NCBI GenBank assembly: GCA_003971905.1 | Contig: RSEE01000004.1 | Span: 744,001 to 808,000, forward strand | Direction of reading: 5' to 3' | Source: Moniliella sp. 'wahieum' | Lineage: Eukaryota | DNA length: 64,000 nt | Shown here: piece after piece, positions 34,192 through 47,701 of the stretch | Layout: each line of letters starts with the position of its first letter | Position numbering within the stretch: the stretch's first letter is position 1 | Made by a program: the position numbers and the translations under genes | The notes under the pieces: generated by a model | Seen by the model: only the letters and a program-made list of their open reading frames with translations | The model's database searches: none | Told to the model about the DNA's origin: nothing

Positions 34192-36331
34192 TCAGAGACC
34201 TTGGAGGACGACAGGCCCTAAAAGTATCGCATCCACCTCGGACATGGGCTCGATTCGACTGGGCGAGTCCTGTTTGTCCCGCGGCGGCACGCACAGCAAT
34301 GCATTTGCCGTGGCCATGGAGTGCATCCCACTGCTTCGCTGTCCGCCCGTAGACGTGGCAATCAAGGTGCCCTGGCCGGTAGCCGCTACCACAGCACGGT
34401 GGAACTCGGGGCGTGGATCGGTAGGGAGGGGCGAAAGAGTGGTCACCTTGACCCGCGGCAGGGAGTAGAGGTTAGGCGAGAGGGCGGGGTTGGGCAAGCC
34501 ATACAAGCGGGCCACACCAGCCTTAGCGGGAGGGATGCCGCACAACTTGCGCAAAGCCGGAAGAACCATGAGGTAGTAATACCAGTGCCGACGCTGGGTT
34601 GCCTGGCAAGGTGAAAAAGTGGGTAGTCTTACCATTGGCCTGCTTGAGCGTCGCATATGCCGTCGGTTTGCCCGGCTTGACGTGAACGCGGCCAAAGTGG
34701 ATGACCGCACCAAGTTCGCGTTCAAGCACAGGCTTCAGCACATCCGCTTGGCCCATCGAGGTCCCACCCGTGCTCAGCACCACCTCGGGTGCATTCGGCC
34801 CTACTGCCCGTGTCTTGAAGAACTCTGACACTTCCTCCGCCGTGTCGCCAACGATGCCCCAATCGGCTGTGGTGACGTGCAGCCGCTTCCTTCGACCGCC
34901 GCCACGAGAGAGGGACGGTTGGTATCGAACACCCGGAAAGGCCCCGTGGCTGGGGATTGGGTATGCACATCCACAATCTCATCGCCGGTGGAAAAGATGG
35001 AGACCAAAGGGGCAGGACGAACGCGCACTTCCTTGCGTCCTACAAAGGCTGCCGTCCCCACTTCCCCGCCCAAGGCGGAGACGACCGTACCAGTTTTCAG
35101 GACGATGCTAGACGCCTTTACATCCGAGCCGGCCCCACGAACATGATCGCCCACCTTGCCTTGGATCAGCAGCTCCACCTTCTCCCCCAAACCATCATGG
35201 ACACTCGCCAATACCGTCTCTTCCACTGGAACCACAGCGTCCGTGCCAGGCGGCAACGGTTGGCCGGTGTTCACTGCACAAACTCGGGGCTGACCAGGCA
35301 CAATGGGTGCCGAAGCAGGGAGGATGGTGTAGGTACCCGCTGGAGTGGTGGCAGACTGTACGGCATAACCATCCATGTTGCTCGTTGGAGCAGGGGGCAA
35401 GTCTGTCGGGGCCACAATGTCCTCCGCCAAGACGCGTCCCACCAACGCCGGCCCTACCGCCACTGCTTCGCTGCCCCCAATGGCTCAACATTTGCGTCAA
35501 TCTCGGCCAGCGCGGTGTCAAGGCTCACGACAGGCCATGGACTGATGCGCTGTCGGTCCTGTGGCAAACGAGGATAGGCCGTCATAAACTCTCCTGCACG
35601 AGCTCCGGTGCCAGAATGGTCGCACCCACAGCCGTGCCGGGTGATTGGTGCAGTGGAAAGGCCGGGCTGGGCGTCTGCACTTGCGCTTGCCGGGAGGGAG
35701 CGAGCCAAGCTCCCCTGCATCACACGGTGCTCGGCATCGACGGCACGGTCTCGCCGTAGGAGTTTCAACGCAGTGGAAGGACAGGAGTGGTGGTATCCAG
35801 CAGCCACGCCATGCACTCTCTCACTGCCTTGGGGCTTCCAGGGAGCATAATGATCAGTGTCGATTGGCTCGGTAGTTGGCCTACAAGCCGCTCCTGAGCC
35901 GCGGGACGATCGAAGATCCCGCTCGTCCCACGACTCAAGGCACCGAGGGGCGTGTGCTGCAGCGAAGCGGCCATCAGACCGTGGGACAGGCCGGAGTAGG
36001 ACGGTGGAGAAGGGGCGCGAGCGCTTCGGGAGTCACATCGCGCGCACCAAGACCGGTGCCTCCGGTGGTAACAACGAGATCAGCGCCGTCCTGTGCGTGG
36101 CGCAGCACGGCGGAACGAATGGCCAGAGGCTCGTCGGGGACAACCTCAATCTGGACGACGGAGATGTTGGCGGCAGCCAAGGCCTGGGCCAGGAGAGGCC
36201 CCGACACGTCTTCGGCCTGCTTGGCCGCGGCCGAATCGGATACTGGAACCCGACGTTAGAAGGGAGCAGTGTACATACACAGGGGGGGGAAGCGTACCCG
36301 TGACAACAGCGGCAGAGAAGGGCGCAGCCAT
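34192..36331 (-). CDS. cnxE: Gephyrin/CnxE molybdenum cofactor biosynthesis protein (MogA G-domain + MoeA E-domain)
   Basis: G domain: TTGGTGLGARDVTPEA, LPGSPKAVREC. E domain: GRVLAEDI, SNMDGYAV, STGDEI, GGTSMG, KPGKP, LPGNPASA, DPRPEFHR, STGGQRSS. Intron ~36243-36297. Confidence 0.93.
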
Positions 36332-36624
36332 GGAGAAGAGTCGATAGCGGAGAATGACGATAGGGGAGGGAATTATTAGGCCTGTAAAGCAGAGTGTTGG
36401 GTATCGCCCAGCCGCCATCGTTGCTTTGGTAATCGGGTGCGGCCGCCTTGGTGTTGCGTCCTATCGTTCTCAATGTTGAAAAATACGGGCTGGGACCGTG
36501 CATGGCATGTTCTACTCCGCCTGTTGCATGTTACACGCTACGGGCACGCACAATGGAAGACGACAACAAATAAGGGTACTCCCCGTTTTGCATTTGGACC
36601 CACACAGGGGAGTCCAAGGGTGGC

Positions 36625-37862
36625 TCAGTCAGAGAAGGTCACTTCTGCGCTGGAGGCGGTAGCCAATAAGTCACTCCCCCCGTCCATCGAAGCATCGAGC
36701 TGCAGGTCGTATTCTGTCCGAATCCCAGCCGAGGAGAAAGGAAGTTATCCATGACCGTGTCCTTGGCGGTCTCCACGCGTTCTTCCACCTTGTAATCTTC
36801 GAGCAAATGTTCCGTTTTGCGTTCTACGCCCGTCACCCGGGCAAGCCATGCCAGTGTTTTTCGGCTGAGTCGGTGCGGGAACACAGTGTCAAGCAGTTTT
36901 GCCACAGGGAACAACCCCCAGAAGAATGTGTAGGCTGCAGTGCTTACCCCACGCAAGATTAGCTCAGGGATAATCGTAGGCGGTAACAAAGAGCTTCCCC
37001 TTGGGCTTGCTGAGGAAAGGGAGAAGGAATAGATACGAAAGTCGGGCGAGAAAGCGGGCCCTAAAGACTTGGTAGGACGGATGGCCAAGTGAAAGTACCC
37101 GTCACCCACAGCGGCTGGAATTCGTACTGCATGGGTGGCCACGGGCAGCAGTCCCACTACACTGCCTTTGCCCGGGATCGATGAGAACCCATTGGCCTCT
37201 TGCTGCTCAAGGAAGCTCGCGGTATGCGCCTGCCACTTTTCACGGGAAGCGAGGGGAAAGTCGACTCGTGCACCACGCTCCTTGGAAGGGCCAGTGGTAT
37301 CGGTGGCGCCGGTTGGCTGCCCGGTTCGTACGCCACGGCGGGGGTTACATCAGTGCCAGTACTGGTTGCGGCACCGAGCCATTTGGCCATCGTCCATCCC
37401 AGCAGACCCGAACGCCACCCACGCTGAACCAGGTCAATCTTGAGCTGTTCGTGTTGTTGTGGCACGACGGCGGCGGCGGACTGACCTGAGCGCTGGACGG
37501 CGAAGAGGGTGAGGGGGATGTGGGTATCGCTTCCGTGATAAAGACCTAGGCGGGCAGTGTGTTGGAGAACAACAAAGTGCTTGGTGGCAACACTTTCGTC
37601 TCCAGCCATGCGCTGGATCATACCCAGCGCCAAGCGCGCCGCGCCGACACGGCCCGGCCACACCTGGGGTCATCATCAGGGATATCAGCACGGAGGAGGG
37701 TGCGGAGGCGGTGCAAGAGGGGGCCAATAGGCGTGCCTGTTCACCCCAATGTCAGCACCACCAGCCTAGTCGCCAGCCCACAAGGAAGGATGGTGTGGCA
37801 AGCGCAATACGTCGCAGGCGATGCCAGTGCGCTGCTCCTCTGGAGGATGGCTGGACCAGCAT
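36625..37862 (-). CDS. Hypothetical protein (fungal uncharacterised domain)
   Basis: Protein-like ORFs 37157..37663 and 36639..37157 join by frameshift: HFVVLQHTARLGLYHG...QRGWRSG...DVTPA...THAVRIPAAVGDGYFHLAI...SPDFRIYS...PRGSSL. Start uncertain. Confidence 0.7.
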
Positions 37863-38248
37863 CGCAAGGAATTCGCCCTGAGGCTGGCCTGAGGCGTGCG
37901 GGTGGGACATGCGAGGTCCGTGAGCAGGTGTGACGTCATCCGACGCCGCAGCATCTGTGCATCACTTACATGCGTATCATGCATCAGGAAGCATGAGGAC
38001 GGGAACACGGATGATGCATGATGGATGGGATGGATGAGATGGATGCTCGATCATCGATGTGATCGATCTGAGATCGATGCAGAGCAGCGTGCTGCTGCGC
38101 CTCGAAGGCCCACGCAGCGCATTTGAAACTTGCAGTGGCGCGGCGCGCCTCGCGTGCCACATCCCACACGCGACGCGCCCGCCTGGCTAATTGGCGCGAG
38201 CGGGCGGTGGGCTGGGCTGCCGTCCGCCCTCCGCCTCCTGGCCCGCCC

Positions 38249-40258
38249 ATGTCCAAGCTCCTCTCGCCCCCGGCCTCGCTGGCCCCCTCCACGCAGGACA
38301 GCCAGGCGCCCCAGTCCTCACCGGCCAGCGCTACCCGGTCATCAAGGGCTACCACCTCACCCGCCTCCTCGGCGGCGGCGGCTTCAGCCGTGTGTACAAG
38401 GCAGTCAACCCCGCCACCCGCCCACCCGAGGCGGCGTGCAAGGTCGTCTCCTACGCCCCCATTGTCCCTGGCCAGTCCGGCCCCAGACACGCGCCCAACC
38501 CCCAAGCTCTGCAGAAGGAGGTGCAGATCCACTCGCTTCTCAAGCACGTCCACGTCCTCCGCTTCCTCGGCGCCGACGAGTACGGCACCAAGTCGCGCCC
38601 CGCCGGAAGCTACGTTCCAGGGCTCTACATGCTCCTCGAGTATGCTGCAGGCGGCGACTTGTTCGATAAGATCTCTCCCGACGTGGGCGTGCCCGAAGAG
38701 CTAGCCCAGTTTTACTTCCGCCAGCTTATCCAGGGACTCGAGTACATCCACGGCCAGGGCATCGTCCATCGTGATATCAAACCCGAAAATTTGCTTCTCT
38801 CTGCTGACGGCGACTTGAAAATCGCCGACTTTGGCTTGTGTAGCGTGTACCGCTACAAGGGCAAGGAGCGTGTACTCAAAGGTGCATGCGGCTCTTTGCC
38901 TTACATTGCGCCTGAGATGAACGGAACACCATACCATGGCGAGGGCGTCGACGTCTGGTCAGCCGGTGTCGTCCTATTTGCCCTTTTGGTTGGAAACACG
39001 CCTTGGGACGAGCCGACAAGTCTTGCCCCGAATACAAGGCCTATATTCGGGGCCAGCTGCTCAAGTACCAACCTTGGTGCAATATTCCTCAGGTACCATT
39101 GGGTACGCTCTTCTTTTCTTTGTTTCTGCAGCCTCCAACTAACCCCTGACCCTATCAGACCTGCTCACCTCCATGCTGGACCCCGATCCCAAGACGCGCT
39201 TGACGTTGGCCCAGATCCAGCAGCATCCCTGGTTCCTGCGCCCCAATTCCTTACTCGATGGCACGACCAGCCAGGAAGAACGCACAGGAACTCTTGTCGA
39301 GGCGTTGATGGGCTCCTTGATCCAGGGAGGAAACTTGCCTTTGACCCTCGATCTTCACCCGGACGGACAACGTGCCCAGCCAATTGCCAACCCAGCGGCC
39401 TCGCAACCGAGTGCGCTCAGTTCTCACCACCGCCCGCTCGCCCACGACGTGGAAGATGCCATGGATCTTGACACAGAGTCGGCTCCCTTGCCATTGCCTC
39501 CTGCCAGCATGTCTATGTTTGGCCGCGGCTTTTTGTCCCGGAGCACCGGCGGTCGGGGTGGCCATGACTCAGCTCGAGGCGCGGCGTAGGGCGACGTTGA
39601 CCCAAAACCCCGGTGCAACCCAGTTCCAAGCTCTGTGGGCTGGAATGACCCAATGGACCGAGGTGGCCGGCAACGCGGCGCGCTTCAGTGCCCAGACCAC
39701 TCGCTTCTTCTCGGCCAGTGAGCCGTGGCAGGTGGTCGCTGCGGTGATGCGTGTCCTGAGTCAGAACAAGGCGGAAACGAAAGTGTATGCGCTGGACCCT
39801 CGCCCGTCCCCGGAAGGGGAAGAAGACCGGCCCGGTTCATCGGAGCACCAGAGACGAATCGACTTGCAACACCAAGCAGACATGGAAAGCTTGGTGGCTA
39901 GTATGCACGCTCTCACCCCGCAGGCGTTACAGCCCGCACCCCCCAGGAGGAATTGGCTTGGCGTCGCCTGCTCGACGCTTCTTCTTCTTCTTCTTCTTCG
40001 CCATCCCAGGAAAGCCCGCACCCCGCAGGCTCCTCGTACCGCCCCCGTGGTGCACGCATCATGGTTGCCCTCACCGACCGTCGCAAGTGCCACTTGATGG
40101 GGAACGTGTGGGTTGACCCGCTGGGTTCACGCCAGCGCGGCTCGATCAAAACCCTCGTTCTGTTTGACCGGTCGTCCGGTTCTCCGCTCGAATGGCGCCG
40201 GCTGTTCAAGGCAATGTTGGACGATCCGACCATCGCACAGTCTCTCGTACCCATGTAG
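38249..40258 (+). CDS. CHK1: DNA damage checkpoint kinase Chk1
   Basis: GGGGFS loop, EYAAGGDLFDKISPDVG, HRDIKPEN, DFG, CGSLPYIAPE, GNTPWDEPT. C-terminal KA1-type motifs TTRFFS and DRRKC...GSPLEWRRLFK. Intron ~39103-39158. Confidence 0.93.
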
Positions 40259-40523
40259 CCGGGACCTTTATCCGCTCAACAATGCTATCTGCTCGGCTTG
40301 TTCCTGGACTGCACCAGAGAAGGAGGTGGAAGAGGGGGAGGGGTCGCGTTTTACATGCGCCCCGAAGCGCTGCCATGGAACCGGAGGCTGCCTTACCGTG
40401 AGTGGTGGAGTGACGCGGATTTAGATATAGGTGGATCTGGCGGGCAAGGAGTGCTAATGGAGGGCAATAGGATCTATTGAACGGATGACGATAGGAGGAT
40501 TTGTCGATGACAACCTGCAGTTC

Positions 40524-42541
40524 TCAGGCCAAGTGGCCCAGGCCAATCGTGTTCTTGGCGGCATTGGTGGCCAAGTACACATTCTTGAGAAAGGTGGCAC
40601 CAACGAGCCATTGCTTGTCTGACCCACCTCCCGAGACGGCACTAACGCATCGCCCCTGGAGGTCGGACTTGTTCACTGGCAACCAGGTTAAGTCTCGTGG
40701 GTCAATCGCAAACTGGGTCCCTCCTATAGTAAGAGCAAGGGAGGCGGAAGTGGTACAGGGAATGGTCCACCCCCCTGTCCGTCTGGGATGGAATCAGGGA
40801 TGGCGTTGTGATACGCTTGGGCATCCGCCGTGGGCAAGATCATCAGACTGGTTCCCGTATCCAAGATTGCCGTTCGCTGGGACAACTTGAGGTCCGTACC
40901 GTTGACACTAATCTGGTCCAGGGCCACTTCCCAAAAGCCCGTTTTAGACTGATTAGGCACCTCGACCAGCGAGCCCTTGATCGAACTTCCATCCACGCCT
41001 CCAAAGGAGACAACCCCATCGTTTTCCTGTGGTCCATCCGCGACGCGGCCTAGACGGTACCCCATGATGGGAGAGGGCACCAGGCCAGCCGAGTGCAGGG
41101 CATCAATCGGGGTTGGAGCATCGTAGGTGCTGAGCTGTTGCCTGGCAAGACCCATCAGGCCATCAAAGGGCACAGAGGGGTCGCTGAACTCGGTGCTGGT
41201 CTGGTTGGCCAGGGCAAAGGTAAAGTTTTGAAGATGCATGCCAGCAATGGTGAGTGTATCGCTGGCGACGCTGCCCGACATTTTCCCAGTACCATAGCGA
41301 ATGGTAACCGACTGCGAAGGGTACTGCTGGAGCGAGGTGGAGTCGGCCTTGAGCAGGCGGGCATGACCTTGGCCACAGCTTGTACATTCTCCACCAGGAA
41401 GCCACGTGTCAGCGCTCCCGCTGTCAATGAGCAGACGGAAAATCTTTCCCTGACTTCCTATGCTGACATTGGCCACATAGCCCACATCGTTGCCCTCGAT
41501 GGATAGACCCAACGAGTTAGGCGCAACGTTCCCACTGGGATGAGTCAAGTTGCCCGCCTTGGCAGCCGCCAGGTCAAGCGGAGAAAAGCCACTGACCGAA
41601 GCCTTATTGGCCCACATGCGTTCGTGAGATACGGAATTCTTAATCCCAGAAGCGCTTCTAGACCCATCCAAAGTGGGAAAGCTCGCCGTGCTAGTCACGG
41701 TCGACCGCACAGCGGACGACAAGTGGGTAGATGCTTTGCGGGTCTCGGTCTTATGTTTCGACCCATGCCACGATTCGGACAGGTTGGGGGGACCCCGATG
41801 CGACGACCACGGTCTGCTGGCCGACATGGTTGGGCTGGATGCGGCAGCAGCACCACGCACGTGCTCGACCGCCGCGGTAGCAAGGGGAGTGCCATTGCAT
41901 GATGAGACGTCGCTCAGCGGTACGGAATCCGACGGGGGGGAGTGCGCTGGAGCGGCGAGAAATTGTACGCCACTACCCGCCTCTGCCCTAGTTCCCATTG
42001 GGGTGATTTGGGCCCCAATCCGGCCATGAGGCAGGGTCAACTCTCTTCGCTCGGGAAACCCGTTCCCGTCACCATACTCTTCCACTGTCCTACGACGCAA
42101 GACTGCTCCCTCGTGGAGAGGCCGGTCTTGCATGACAGAACGTCGTTGGAGGTGTGTAAACTTGGTCTCAGCCAGAGACACGTGGTACTCCAACGCCTGT
42201 CCAGTCGGGGGGGTTAGTCACGCCCGTCTCATACCCGGCTGAGGCCAGAGGGAAAGGAGACGCACCACAAACGCATCGATGTGATCGGGTAAATCTATCC
42301 TCCGGAGAGGTGCGTGGGTTACAAGATTATCCCGCGTGTCGAGAGGAAAGGAGGTGGAAAGGTCTTCTCGTGTATACACTGTCGCTCCCTGCGCTTCCTG
42401 CACCCCGATTCGAGGCGACCGATAGCGTGCCCACGGCTTTGGGCCAGTGGGCAGAGCAGAGATGCCCGGCAGGGTCGCCACAACAGCCAGTGTGGCGACG
42501 ACCCAGACAAGAAGGACATGGCGTTGGAGCAAGGGGGGCAT
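40524..42541 (-). CDS. Secreted aspartic protease (pepsin/A1 family)
   Basis: Signal peptide (LLVWVVATLAVVATLPGISA), catalytic LLIDSGSADTW and AILDTGTS, flap YGTG, DGLMGL, and C-terminal WLVGATFLKNVY. Intron at ~42200-42265. Confidence 0.92.
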
Positions 42542-43850
42542 GAGGTGCGAAGGGTGACGGGCGAAGGGCGGCAACGCAGACTCCGTTTGGGTGATCAAGA
42601 CCAGCTCGACGAGGGGGAGAAGTGGAGTAGGCCAGCTACTGCTTCAAGTGGTGGGTAGGGGGGGGGGAGGGGGGGGGCGCCAGGCCGGAGGAAAGGGGAG
42701 ATGGGTGGGTGGTGGTGGTGGTGGTTGTGGTCGAGGAGGTCGACCATGCACGTAGCAACTGCGTGATGGATTGGGCTCATCTTAACGCCACGCCAGGGAC
42801 GCTCCCAATTGTAGAAGCCGGTTAAACATTGTGTGATGCAACATACACAGCCCTTGTGCTTACTACGTTGATCACATTGGCAAGGCCGGCACTGGAGCTG
42901 TGTAGCGAATAGGGCCGCGAGGGTCGTTCTGGAGGTCGCTTCCTATATTGCACTCCCCTCCTTTCTTGTCTTGGCCAACAGAGGGATAATCGACACGGTC
43001 TAAGATGGGATAGCTGTGGCACTCATTTCATTGACGCAGATCGTTCTGCTGCTCTGGCCTTGCTCCCGCCGGGGCGTGGCGGTGCGAGAGGGTGAGTTCG
43101 GGGCTAATAAATCTCACAGTCACAAAAAAGGCCTCTCGAGAGTTGAACGTTGAACATTGAGTTCCGAGAGCTGTGAGAGAAGGCTTAATTCTCTACCCTA
43201 TCCCCGTCCGCTTTTTTAGCCGCTAGCACATCTGTGCGATCCCCCACCTTCTTGTAGTTCCAACGTCCCGGAAAATCTCTCCCCAAAAAGTTCACACATT
43301 TTCCAAACAAGCGTTGCATCGAGCGCTTCTTCTCAGTCTCTCTCATCGATCATCCCTCTCCATTTCCCATCTCTATATTGCATCCACATATTATTGACAG
43401 AGCTTAAGGCTGGGACAGGAAAACGCTACGCCTAAACCGACCCGTTCATCTTGCGCGTGTTGCTCGGTAGCGCCACCCCTGTTAAGGAACCAGGGGAATC
43501 GCCAGGATAACAGGACCCTCTGGTGCCCGCCATCCGTTCTCATGCCCGAGAGGTAGCGCGTGTGGACACGGATGAACGTGGTAGACATCCGTCCTCTCTC
43601 GTCCCTTCCCGCCTATCGTGTCAGACTCCTGCCCGTTTCCCGGCCAATTGATCCAGTACAGGCAGCTTGCTCTTGTTAGCGTCCGACTTCTCCTCCGACC
43701 TCTCGTCCTCCAGCCATTCGTCAGTCCAGTCGCGCGAGCCCTCCTTTGGTCGCGTCGATTCCCTGTCTCTATTCGGTCTCACTTCAGGCAGTGTTTTTTC
43801 GCCGCTGCCTCCTCCCGTCCCTAAGTCCCGGAGGCTTCAGACACGTTACT

Positions 43851-44377
43851 ATGGCCCAACCCGGTGCAGACGCAGCCATTTGCTACACGTGCAGCCGCCC
43901 CACCAAAGGCCTCTCCTCGTCCCTGACTCCGCTCGGATTCACCAATCAGCCCAAGCCCGAAACTACTGTGAGTCGTCCTTCCGTCTCCTAAGGGATTGTA
44001 CCCCAAGAACCTGGGAGAGCCCCCTGGCGGGGCCCGCCCTGTGACATCTCATAAACTGATGGTGCCACATCTCTTCGCTAACTGCGCAACAGTGGCCCGG
44101 TCGAAGAAAGGAGAGAGCATACACGAGAACCCTTTCCTGGAGCCGCCCTGGGGGATAACCAATGCCATCCTGACAACCGCTTCCTTGACCAGTGAAAAGG
44201 GGCGACGAAGAACGGGGGGTCTATTATACTTCTGTGAGGATGCTGCATCCATCTGATGAGCTCGATGAGCCTCATCGCTCAGCCCAATTAATCAGTGCGG
44301 CGTTGTTGAAACACAATTGCATTTTGGCTGCGCAACCGCCACACGGGGGTGAAATTGAAATTCCAACTCGGCGTTAA
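43851..44377 (+). CDS. Possible small orphan protein (spliced or frameshifted)
   Basis: ATG at 43851 after a C/T-rich leader; MAQPGADAAICYTCSRP; GTGAGT donor at ~43968; protein-like downstream segments. No recognisable family. Confidence 0.3.
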
Positions 44378-45033
44378 GATCGATCATCGATCGATACATA
44401 GTGCAGCTAGTAACTCGTAGCTGATTAGATCGTTGATGCGTGATGAAGCTGCGGGGCGGAGATACTGGTGCAGTTGACTGTATATTTGTTTTGGCCGCAA
44501 CGAAGTACAATGCGAGTATAAGGTTTGGACGGCGTAATACATCGTACCGACTGAGGATGTGACGGTGTGCGACGGCCGGGGACGGCGGGATGTGCCCTGC
44601 AGAGGCAGGCCGCATCCTGCCTGGCCAGGTAACTAAGTTGTATTTGAAAAGAAGGGCGCAAAGCATCGGTTGTGCACGGTGAACGTGGACTGTTGGGCGG
44701 TCGCCCCGTGCTCTACCTGCCATCAGTACTCAGTTGCGGGGGTGAGCCTGCTGATGCACTGATGCGCTTGCATCCCAGGACCAACACAGCTGAGCAATAC
44801 TTAACAGAGGGGCAAATTAGCAGCGCACAGAGCAGCCTGACGCTGTGGAGAACGGCATGGAAGGCTAAAAAAGCTGCGGCCAAAGCCGCCAAATTAACTT
44901 TTGATTTGCCCTGCTGCCACCTTGACTTTTTGCCTTCGTGTCACCAACAGCACTACCATCCCGTCTTCGTACTCCACCGAGCCCCCTTGTCATCGTACGT
45001 CCCTATAAATCGTCCCTCCCCCATTCTTGATTC

Positions 45034-46211
45034 ATGAGTCTTTTTGTTACTGAGCGCCACCGACCACTCTTAGTTCCCTCTCCAGAGAGCGATTGCCACA
45101 GCCTGGAGCGTGGGCCGTATATGCTTGGTTCGCCTCGCACGCTCAGCCCACCAACCTTTGCAGCGCCTTTCATCAAGAGCAGAACCGCAGCCATGGAGGC
45201 CAATATCGCTGGCGTCGCCCTCCATTCCGGAGTCCCTGCCATCCCGGATGCACCTCCCGCTGTCGCTTGCGAGGCAGGGCCTACCAAGGATCAACTTGCC
45301 CAACAACGCGAGCCTCCCTTGATTGGGGACCCATACTCGCCTGATGTGGCCGACTTAGCTCATGGCTCGCCACACCTCCCTGCCAATCGGGGCAAGAGTA
45401 CGTTTGACCATCACTATCACGATGAAACACTCGTGGATGACACCTTCAACGCCACAAAGCTCCTTGCTACGGTTGGGGGCACGGAGGACTTGGTTCCTGC
45501 CCCCAGCACTTCCTCCCTTGTCCATATTGTGGACGAAAATGTGGGCCAAGATAGTATGGTGCAAGGTGACCGGCGGGTGTTGTGACAGACAACAGCCCAG
45601 GTGCCGGTACCACTGAGGCCGATGCTGGTTGTGAGGAACATGTCCCTCTGAAGAAGAAGCGAACTACTCGCGGTCCTCGGAGCAAGACCCGCAGCCGAGG
45701 CGTTCGTCGCAACAACAACTTGAAGAAGAAGCTTGCTCTGGCCCAGGCCCAGGCCCAGGCTAAGGCTGGGGCTGAGGCGAAGGAAGAAAACGCTGAGGAA
45801 GAGGGGCACTCTGCCTCTGAAATCGCTGGGGACAACACCCTTTCCAACCAGCCTCAAGGGGAGGGTGACTTGGATTTGGGAGCCGCAGCTGGTTCGGTCG
45901 GGGCGACAATGGATTCCCCCTGGCAGGACCCCACGGTGGCCCCCACCTCATCCCGAGGCTCTGAGCCAAATAACCTTGGGCTGGGATTTAGCTCGGGTTC
46001 GGACGGGGGTTCCATGGTTTGGCAGTGGGCGATCCTGATTCCTCCTTTGCCCTCTCCCACAGGAGTGGGGACCAATGCAGGACTGGGACTGGGACCTAGC
46101 TCGGGCTCGCAGAGGGGGACAATAGCTTCCCTTTGGGCTCGTCCTCCTCTCGCCCCCCCCTCTTCCCCCGTACAATCACTGGCTTCTACATGGGCTCGTT
46201 CTGGCTTGTGA
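45034..46211 (+). CDS. Orphan disordered protein with basic NLS-like cluster
   Basis: TATAAA at 45004. ORFs 45034..45585 and 45582..46211 join by frameshift. Contains KKKRTTRGPRSKTRSRGVRRNNNLKKKL. Confidence 0.5.
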
Positions 46212-47701
46212 GGTCAACCGTGGTTTCTCCAACGTTCTCCTCTTCATCTGTTGGGGACGAGTTCTTATTTTCTCATTTTGGCTTCTCGCATTCTCCCGGA
46301 TCCGACAAAGTACATGATAGGTCCATTATATACCGGACCCGCGATTCTTTTTTCTCTTTTATTGTTGTTGGTTTTGTTTCGATTTTGCGTGCTTGAGGAC
46401 CAGATCTCGGGCGCGCATGTGTGATATTACATGTGGATTCTCGATGCGGTGGGCCAACCATATACTAGAGTGCAATACGTGGGTCGGCACGGAATAGAAG
46501 AGAGGGATATATATCAGAAGCATCCCTCCCGCATACACACACTCTCTTGTTATAGTTTAGGAAACAGAACAAAGAAAAACTTCGGATGAGTTCGGATGTA
46601 ATAACACTCTGCAGCTTTGCATGTGTAACATGTAACACCGCTCTCTCGCAGGGCGTAAGGCGTAAGACCTAAGACCTGGTGTTCATGTGACATGTGTGTT
46701 GGCATGTGAAGACCGGGCTTGGTTGAGTACGGTGAGTGGAGCTCAACATCTTGTTGCAGCGTTACAAGCTCTGTAACCTCCATTTCATTGGCAGACTTAA
46801 GAAGGCTGGGACAGGGGGAACGCTACGTCTAAACCTAATGTATCAACGTATTAACCGAGATGGGGCGCTTCTCTTTTTCATGTACGTTTTGAAGACGTTG
46901 AAGATAAGACGAAAATACAATGCAAAAATGCTTTTTCGGACCAACAAAATTGAATATCTCTCGACCCTTACCACAACCCTGTGAGATCCACCAGCGTGTT
47001 TTATATAGTTCTTCCACCCTTTGAGAGACAACTCGATCTCCGCGGCCTGTGGACAAACAAATGCACCTCCCGTTACGCGTTACACGTTCCCACGTTAGCA
47101 TTCTGATATAGTGGCCAGTGTGCAAGTGCTGTACCCCTTCTTGTTGTACTCTCGCGCGTGAGATATATACTAGTTGCCCATCAAAGGGACAGCCGTTGAA
47201 GCTTGAAGCTGGATATTGGCAGAGAGGGTTTGCCAAGCCACTGAACATCTATAATTGCCCCCGACGAAGACGGTATTCCCCTCAGTATAACATCTGGATG
47301 GCAGTCTGGTATATACCGTGAGGCCTGAGGTCTGAGATGACATTTTGACATCCTTGTGGGGTTGAACGATGTTGGGACTCAGTGTACTCTCCCCAGCTGT
47401 TGGGCTGAGCTCAGCGCTTGGGCTGAGCGCTGAGAGGAGGCCTTCGACTCAGCGCTGAGACTGGCAGCGCGATCAGCCTGATCGCTCAGGCGCTCAGCAT
47501 TGACAGCGTCTCTGGGTCACAGCTGCGATGGTGATAAGGGTGGGCTGCGAGGACTGCGCTGAGCGGATTGATGCAGATGAGATTGATGAGCGCAGCTGCC
47601 ATGCGCTGTGCCGTGATGTGTCGACTGACACCCAGGGGCGCGACGGATGGGAGCAGGTGGGACGGCGGAGATGCTCGGATGGATCCGCGGTCCCAGGGCG
47701 T

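Noticed and set aside
43000..47350. Mating-type locus (homeodomain or pheromone genes)
   Set aside because: No WFxNxR homeodomain motif, STE3-like receptor or CAAX-terminated ORF noticed; ORFs under 60 aa were not exhaustively scanned.
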